Assembly (NCBI GenBank): GCA_913052275.1
Contig: CAJXDX010000002.1
Location: 1 to 45,802 of the forward strand
Direction of reading: 5' to 3'
DNA: 45,802 nucleotides
Origin: an uncultured Pseudomonadota bacterium
GTDB taxonomy: Bacteria > SAR324 > NAC60-12
The position numbers and the translations under genes were made by a program. This document shows positions 45,648 to 45,802 of the stretch, one piece after another (positions within the stretch are counted from its first letter, which is position 1; each line of letters starts with the position of its first letter). The notes under the pieces are model-generated. The model saw only the letters and a program-made list of their open reading frames with translations. It did no database searches and was not told the DNA's origin.

Positions 45648-45802
45648 TTAAAGTGACTCGTAAATTGCCAGGTAACTTTTGTATCGTTTCTCCGTGATTT
45701 TTTCTGCGGCATACGCTTCTTTAACTGCACATTGGGGTTCATGACGGTGAGTACAGCCTTTGAATCGGCATTTCCCAAGATACGGCAGGAATTCTACAAA
45801 AT
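45648..45802 (-). CDS. rsgA: Ribosome small-subunit-dependent GTPase A (RsgA/YjeQ); C-terminal 50 codons only, the gene runs off the right edge
   Basis: Absent from the ORF track because it is open-ended. The reverse-strand translation is FVEFLPYLGKCRFKGCTHRHEPQCAVKEAYAAEKITEKRYKSYLAIYESL*. It contains the RsgA zinc-finger signature C-R-F-x2-C-x-H-x2-E-P-x-C-A-V. Confidence 0.8.
   Translation of the reverse strand, partial: FVEFLPYLGKCRFKGCTHRHEPQCAVKEAYAAEKITEKRYKSYLAIYESL

Noticed and set aside
1-45802. Scan for CRISPR arrays, IS elements or terminal inverted repeats, integrases, tRNA/rRNA/tmRNA/RNase P/SRP RNA, and known defence-system genes
   Set aside because: I found no regularly spaced repeats and no transposase, integrase or recombinase motifs. 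No tRNA T-loop (GGTTCGAATCC-like) context occurs in any intergenic region. No ORF resembles a restriction, Abi, CBASS, TA or Cas family. The only caspase-like protein (CHAT) has a signal peptide and no CRISPR or defence neighbours.

Overview
The window is 45.8 kb, roughly 40-45% GC by eye, and almost fully coding. I call 38 CDS, two of them truncated at the window edges and absent from the ORF track. I found no rRNA, tRNA, CRISPR array, transposase, integrase or phage gene. It reads as core chromosome of a diderm bacterium (LolA, LptF/G, Lgt, SecA, IHF); I cannot assign a lineage from sequence alone.

Gene content, left to right:
- Left end: a secreted 5'-nucleotidase fragment (-), mutL, trxB, a membrane-anchored cold-shock-domain protein, argG and a membrane-anchored hypothetical.
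- 6.6-16.7 kb: nine co-directional genes. These are an ornithine-cyclodeaminase-family enzyme, a DAO-type FAD oxidoreductase, TldD, a PaaK-type CoA ligase, and a three-subunit molybdenum hydroxylase. The hydroxylase is interrupted by two paralogous lipoprotein genes, and its FAD subunit carries a Cys-rich insertion resembling that of 4-hydroxybenzoyl-CoA reductase.
- Middle: a HAD phosphatase and IHF (-), a small membrane protein plus acetoacetyl-CoA synthetase, an orphan acidic 376-aa protein (-), and an ABC-F ATPase.
- A roughly 1166-aa secreted TPR-CHAT protein, followed 3 nt later by an isoaspartyl-peptidase-type Ntn hydrolase, with a convergent lipoprotein.
- 29.2-44.0 kb: a long housekeeping array of secA, valS, a Gfo/Idh/MocA oxidoreductase, lptF/G, lolA, an APC permease fused to EIIA and TrkA-C domains, rph, lgt, cbiB, cobU and aroB.
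- Right end: yqgE (-), a 346-aa hypothetical with two DUF721/DciA-like modules, and the 3' end of rsgA (-).

No recognisable defence or mobile system is present. The candidates most worth follow-up are:
- the Hcr-like reductase cluster with embedded lipoproteins;
- the secreted TPR-CHAT/Ntn-hydrolase pair;
- several unusual domain architectures (membrane-anchored CSD, permease-EIIA-TrkA_C, a MutL lacking the endonuclease motifs);
- two orphan proteins.

All functional calls come from motif recognition by eye. No database search was possible.
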